Assembly: GCA_013375475.1 (NCBI GenBank)
Contig: JABXKD010000104.1
Coordinates: 1 to 10,842 of the forward strand
Length of the DNA: 10,842 nucleotides
Direction: 5' to 3'
From: Promethearchaeota archaeon
Lineage (GTDB): Archaea; Asgardarchaeota; Lokiarchaeia; Sigyniarchaeales; SOKP01
The notes below the pieces were generated by a model. That model was not told the origin of the DNA and ran no database searches. It saw nothing but the letters and a program-made list of their open reading frames with translations. Shown here one piece after another: positions 7,826 to 10,842 of the stretch (positions are counted from its first letter, which is position 1; each line of letters starts with the position of its first letter). The position numbers were made by a program, and so were the translations under genes.

Positions 7826-8299
7826 TTAATCGATTTGAGATACAGTGATGTTTGTAACACTTCCATTGGGAGTTAAATTAGAGTATTGCGCCACTGCTTC
7901 CTTCATTGTATATTTTTCAATCATTGCTGTCATAACCATAGCCATTGGACACACCCCTATATTACCTGCAACTGTATGAGCAGATCTCGCCATGAAACAA
8001 TTATTCAAGGAAAAAACGTACGAACCATCAGCTCTCTTCTTAAGAGAAGCGTTTTCAACTAATAAGGAAGTTTTTAATAATTTTATGAACCTTTTACCAA
8101 AATCCTCAATATCTTCTCCTAATATTGGTTCAATACCCAATTTTTCAGTTGTGTCCATAGACTCTTTAATTGCGGGAAATATATAATCAGTATATCCAAT
8201 TTTTCCTAAAGTCTCATCAATACATGATTGAAGAGTAAAAACCCCTACGTGAAATAAACCTGAGATAAATCCAAACTCCTTTGGCATCATTTTATCCAT
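7826..8299 (-). CDS. V4R-like (Bet3/TRAPPC3-related fold) Cys-containing protein
   Basis: 157 aa. Helical N-terminal half followed by YVFSLNNCFMA...H...GVCPMA..AMIE and two terminal strands, the pattern of V4R/MetOD-type domains. Assigned by pattern only. The start may be at 8320. Confidence 0.55.
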   Translation of the reverse strand: MDKMMPKEFGFISGLFHVGVFTLQSCIDETLGKIGYTDYIFPAIKESMDTTEKLGIEPILGEDIEDFGKRFIKLLKTSLLVENASLKKRADGSYVFSLNNCFMARSAHTVAGNIGVCPMAMVMTAMIEKYTMKEAVAQYSNLTPNGSVTNITVSQID

Positions 8300-8348
8300 T
8301 AATTTGCGCTTTAATCCTATTCTTTTTCACCTTATATGAATTTCTTAA

Positions 8349-8666
8349 TTATACATTATTCCAAATACTATTAAAGATTTCTTCAGTTTTTTCTACAATT
8401 AAATTATGTTCTATTACTTTGGTCATAGGAAATAAGATCATTATATACTTGTGTTCCCTTTTTGAGATTGAAATCAATTTATTTTCTGAAGAAATAACAA
8501 TGCTATTTACCTCACCAGCTTCAAATTCATTTGAAAATTTTTTAACTAAATTTATTAACATTCCTCCAATTGAGATCTGACGGGGCGAAGAAAATTTTGG
8601 AGGAACTTCGGAAAAAACAATTTTTCCTATTGTTTCATCAAATACAATAACTCCCTCTGCTTGCAT
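8349..8666 (-). CDS. Stand-alone roadblock/LC7 (MglB/LAMTOR)-like domain protein
   Basis: 105 aa. EGVIVFDE..KIVF, helix, EFEAGEVNSIVISSEN, two strands and a terminal helix fit roadblock topology. It shares 58 of 105 identical residues, ungapped by manual count, with aa 156-260 of the 9362-10162 product. Confidence 0.7.
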   Translation of the reverse strand: MQAEGVIVFDETIGKIVFSEVPPKFSSPRQISIGGMLINLVKKFSNEFEAGEVNSIVISSENKLISISKREHKYIMILFPMTKVIEHNLIVEKTEEIFNSIWNNV

Positions 8667-8778
8667 TGTAGTTTTTAGTTCCTCCAGTTAATTTTAAATT
8701 AATTTAATAATTTTTTATCGAAAAAATACAATTTCCTTTTGTTTTTGTTTGTATATTTTTAATTTTGTTAAAAAAATC

Positions 8779-9336
8779 TTATAAATTACTTTTATATTTT
8801 TCATATAATTCTCTAATTATTTTTTGGAACGCTTCGGTCACCCCTTGATTTGTTTTCGCAGAAGTTCGATAAACTCCAATTATGTTTTTCTCTTTAATGA
8901 AGTTTTGAATAAATTCGTCATCTAATTTATCTTCATTAATTAAATCTACTTTATTTGCAAATATAATGACAGGAATATCACCACAACCCTTTTTAAGGTC
9001 ATTATACCAATATTCAATGTGATTAAGACTTTCTTTACCAAGATCCTTATCTTCGAGGGAATAAACAATAATTGCAGCTTTACTTTCTTCATAAAAATCA
9101 GAACGTAAAAATTCAAACTCCTTTTGACCAGCAATATCCCAAAAATACAATTTACATTCATCTCCATTTACTTTCTCATCATAAAAAGAAAATTGGGCGC
9201 CTATAGTAGATATATAATCTTCCTCAAAAGTGCCTTGAGTATATTTTTTAATTAGAGATGTTTTTCCAACTCCTCCATCTCCAATTACAGTTATTTTAAA
9301 TACAAATTTTAAAGGTCTATCATTCATTAGTTTCAA
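8779..9336 (-). CDS. Rab-like small GTPase (Ras superfamily)
   Basis: G1 GDGGVGKTS, G2 YISTIG, G3 WDIAGQ, G4 NKVD and G5 SAK, plus RabF-like IGAQF and KLYFW. No C-terminal Cys. The start is either TTG at 9336 or ATG at 9327. Confidence 0.96.
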   Translation of the reverse strand: MKLMNDRPLKFVFKITVIGDGGVGKTSLIKKYTQGTFEEDYISTIGAQFSFYDEKVNGDECKLYFWDIAGQKEFEFLRSDFYEESKAAIIVYSLEDKDLGKESLNHIEYWYNDLKKGCGDIPVIIFANKVDLINEDKLDDEFIQNFIKEKNIIGVYRTSAKTNQGVTEAFQKIIRELYEKYKSNL

Positions 9337-9361
9337 TCAAATCCATTCGAATTTATAATTT

Positions 9362-10162
9362 TTATTTTAATATTTCAATCTTTAACATTTTCAAAATGCC
9401 ATCTAAAATTTCTTCTGTTTTTTCCACAATTATATTAAGTTCAATATTTTTTGTTTTGGAAAATAAAACAATTATGTAAATATAATCTCTTTTCGAGACA
9501 CAAATCCACCGATTCTCTGAAGAGATTATTATAGAATTTACATCTCCTCCTTGATATTCAGATGATAATTTTTTAGCAAAATTTATTAACATTCCACTCA
9601 TCGAAATTTGTTTTCTAGATGAATATTCTTCTGGAACTTTAGCAAAAAGAATTTTTTCATCATTTTCATTAAATAGGATTACTCCTTCAGATTGCACTTT
9701 ATAACCAAATTCTTCTAATAAGCCTTCAATAAGCGGTAGTTCCATGAACTGTAACAAATATTTGTTAAAATCTGAGAAAATGGTTATATTTCCATCACGA
9801 ATAGGGAGGTAATCTTGATATCCTTCTAAAAATTTATTTGATATTCTGTTTAGAATGTAATTAATTACTTGGTTTGGTAGATCCTCATAGCATTGTATAC
9901 AAAAAGTAATATTCACGAAGTTATTATAAAATAATTTATGACCACTCATTATTAAGGATTTAACTACCGTGCCTGGAATTAATTTCTCACCAAACTTCTT
10001 AATAGCCGTGAAAAATCCAGACACTATATTTTCATCCAAATCTCCAGTTTTTATACCACAGCTTGTCAAACAGACCCCTGCGTTATCATAAATATAAATT
10101 GATTCAACATAATTTTTTAGTGTTTTTTTTTCCTCTAACAACTCACCCTTATCCGTACTCAT
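9362..10162 (-). CDS. Two-domain protein: N-terminal longin-like domain plus C-terminal roadblock-like domain
   Basis: About aa 17-138 (SIYIYDNAGVCL...DENIVSGFFTAIKKF...VKSL...ILNRISNKFLEGY...DGNITIFSDF) fit the longin pattern seen in Asgard proteins. About aa 145-260 fit roadblock. SD AGGTGA at 10175-10170, 7 nt before the ATG. Confidence 0.75.
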   Translation of the reverse strand: MSTDKGELLEEKKTLKNYVESIYIYDNAGVCLTSCGIKTGDLDENIVSGFFTAIKKFGEKLIPGTVVKSLIMSGHKLFYNNFVNITFCIQCYEDLPNQVINYILNRISNKFLEGYQDYLPIRDGNITIFSDFNKYLLQFMELPLIEGLLEEFGYKVQSEGVILFNENDEKILFAKVPEEYSSRKQISMSGMLINFAKKLSSEYQGGDVNSIIISSENRWICVSKRDYIYIIVLFSKTKNIELNIIVEKTEEILDGILKMLKIEILK

Positions 10163-10231
10163 ATTTTTATCACCTATTTATCTGTAAATTTTACGAGTAG
10201 TCAAATTTTGAACTGTGATTTTGAAAGTTAT

Positions 10232-10450
10232 TTATTCTATTTTTTTATTTAAATCATCAATATGAGATTTTAATTTAGAATTTTCAGCTTGGCATTGGTT
10301 TAATTGTTCTTGTAATTTTTGGTTCTGTATAACAGTTTTATTCGCGTTTAGCAAGGTTTGATATAATTGATTCTTAACCTTCTTTAAATCCTTTTCCAAA
10401 GTCTTTACATATTGATCTTTATCAGATACATATGGCCATTCCTCTATCAT
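10232..10450 (-). CDS. Small coiled-coil protein of unknown function
   Basis: 72 aa. After residue ~10 it has no Pro or Gly, is rich in Q/K/N/E/L and shows heptad-spaced hydrophobics (VKTLEKDLKKVKNQL; LQEQLNQCQAENSKLKSHIDDLNKKI). Confidence 0.75.
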   Translation of the reverse strand: MIEEWPYVSDKDQYVKTLEKDLKKVKNQLYQTLLNANKTVIQNQKLQEQLNQCQAENSKLKSHIDDLNKKIE

Positions 10451-10538
10451 TTAATTTCCCTTCTGAAATTTCATATCCTCATTTTTTTACTTTTCTGTAT
10501 GATCTTACTTTTAATACATAATTATTTTAATATAATAT

Positions 10539-10842
10539 TTATTTTTGAGATGCTTTTTCTGCTTTAGCTTGTCGAGTGAAATAGCCAATAGTGCCACAAT
10601 TCTTACACTTTTGAGAATCGTCATCTAGAAAGACCATAGTTTTATTGAAACAAGTAGGACAAATGAAGAGTACTTCTTCTATCTTTTCCTCAGGAATTTC
10701 TACAATCATATCTATATTAGGAACTATTGGTGTTGTAATACAATACATACAAAAACACCTTTTTTTAGTAGCTTCAAGAACCTCATTTAATTTTTCTATA
10801 GGTGCGTCACTCTCAACAAATATTTCAAGTTTATAGTTCTCT
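10539..10842 (-). CDS. 5'-truncated OsmC/Ohr-like protein with a C-terminal Zn ribbon
   Basis: The frame of the 10539-10748 ORF stays open to the window edge and reads ENYKLEIFVESDAPIEKLNEVLEATKKRCFCMYCITTPIVP, which resembles the C-terminal half of OsmC-like proteins. It continues into CPTC-x13-CKNC. Confidence 0.65.
   Translation of the reverse strand, partial: ENYKLEIFVESDAPIEKLNEVLEATKKRCFCMYCITTPIVPNIDMIVEIPEEKIEEVLFICPTCFNKTMVFLDDDSQKCKNCGTIGYFTRQAKAEKASQK

Larger units (their letters stand above)
8349..9697 (-). repeat. Diverged direct duplication (8352-8666 vs 9383-9697) flanking the GTPase gene
   Basis: Collinear at a constant 1031-nt offset. For example, the 17-mer AAATTTATTAACATTCC is identical at 8548-8564 and 9579-9595. 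Confidence 0.9.

Noticed and set aside
7992-8580. Plus-strand ORFs 7992-8186 and 8281-8580
   Set aside because: Antisense to the V4R-like and roadblock genes. Their hydrophobicity reflects the reverse complement of A-rich codons.
8946-9167. 73-aa alternative-frame ORF in the GTPase gene
   Set aside because: Nested and out of frame, with no independent support.
10451-10538. SECIS-like element downstream of the OsmC-like gene
   Set aside because: No stable stem-loop is evident and no in-frame TGA occurs in the visible part of the gene.
10645-10836. 63-aa plus-strand ORF
   Set aside because: Antisense to the better-supported OsmC-like/Zn-ribbon frame.
1-10842. CRISPR array, tRNA, rRNA or transposase
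   Set aside because: No regularly spaced repeats, GC-rich structured RNA segments or transposase/integrase motifs were seen.

Overview
AT-rich archaeal DNA, most likely from an Asgard archaeon (Lokiarchaeia-like). This is inferred from the Rab-like GTPase, the longin/roadblock-type proteins and the archaeal-type ACDS genes. Left: Wood-Ljungdahl genes cdhC and cdhB, divergent from a CooT-like nickel chaperone, then a ferredoxin with a broken second cluster motif. Middle: a crotonase-family enzyme, a stand-alone N6-adenine methyltransferase fused to one specificity domain with no nuclease, a GNAT acetyltransferase and a nitronate monooxygenase/FabK-like flavoenzyme. Right (7826-10450, all minus strand): coiled-coil protein, longin-roadblock fusion, Rab-like small GTPase, a duplicated stand-alone roadblock domain and a V4R/Bet3-like protein. 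This right-hand cluster is the most interesting part, a candidate prokaryotic GTPase switch built from the folds used by eukaryotic TRAPP, Mon1-Ccz1 and Ragulator. The window ends in a 5'-truncated OsmC-like gene with a C-terminal Zn ribbon. All domain calls come from reading motifs by eye; no searches were run.
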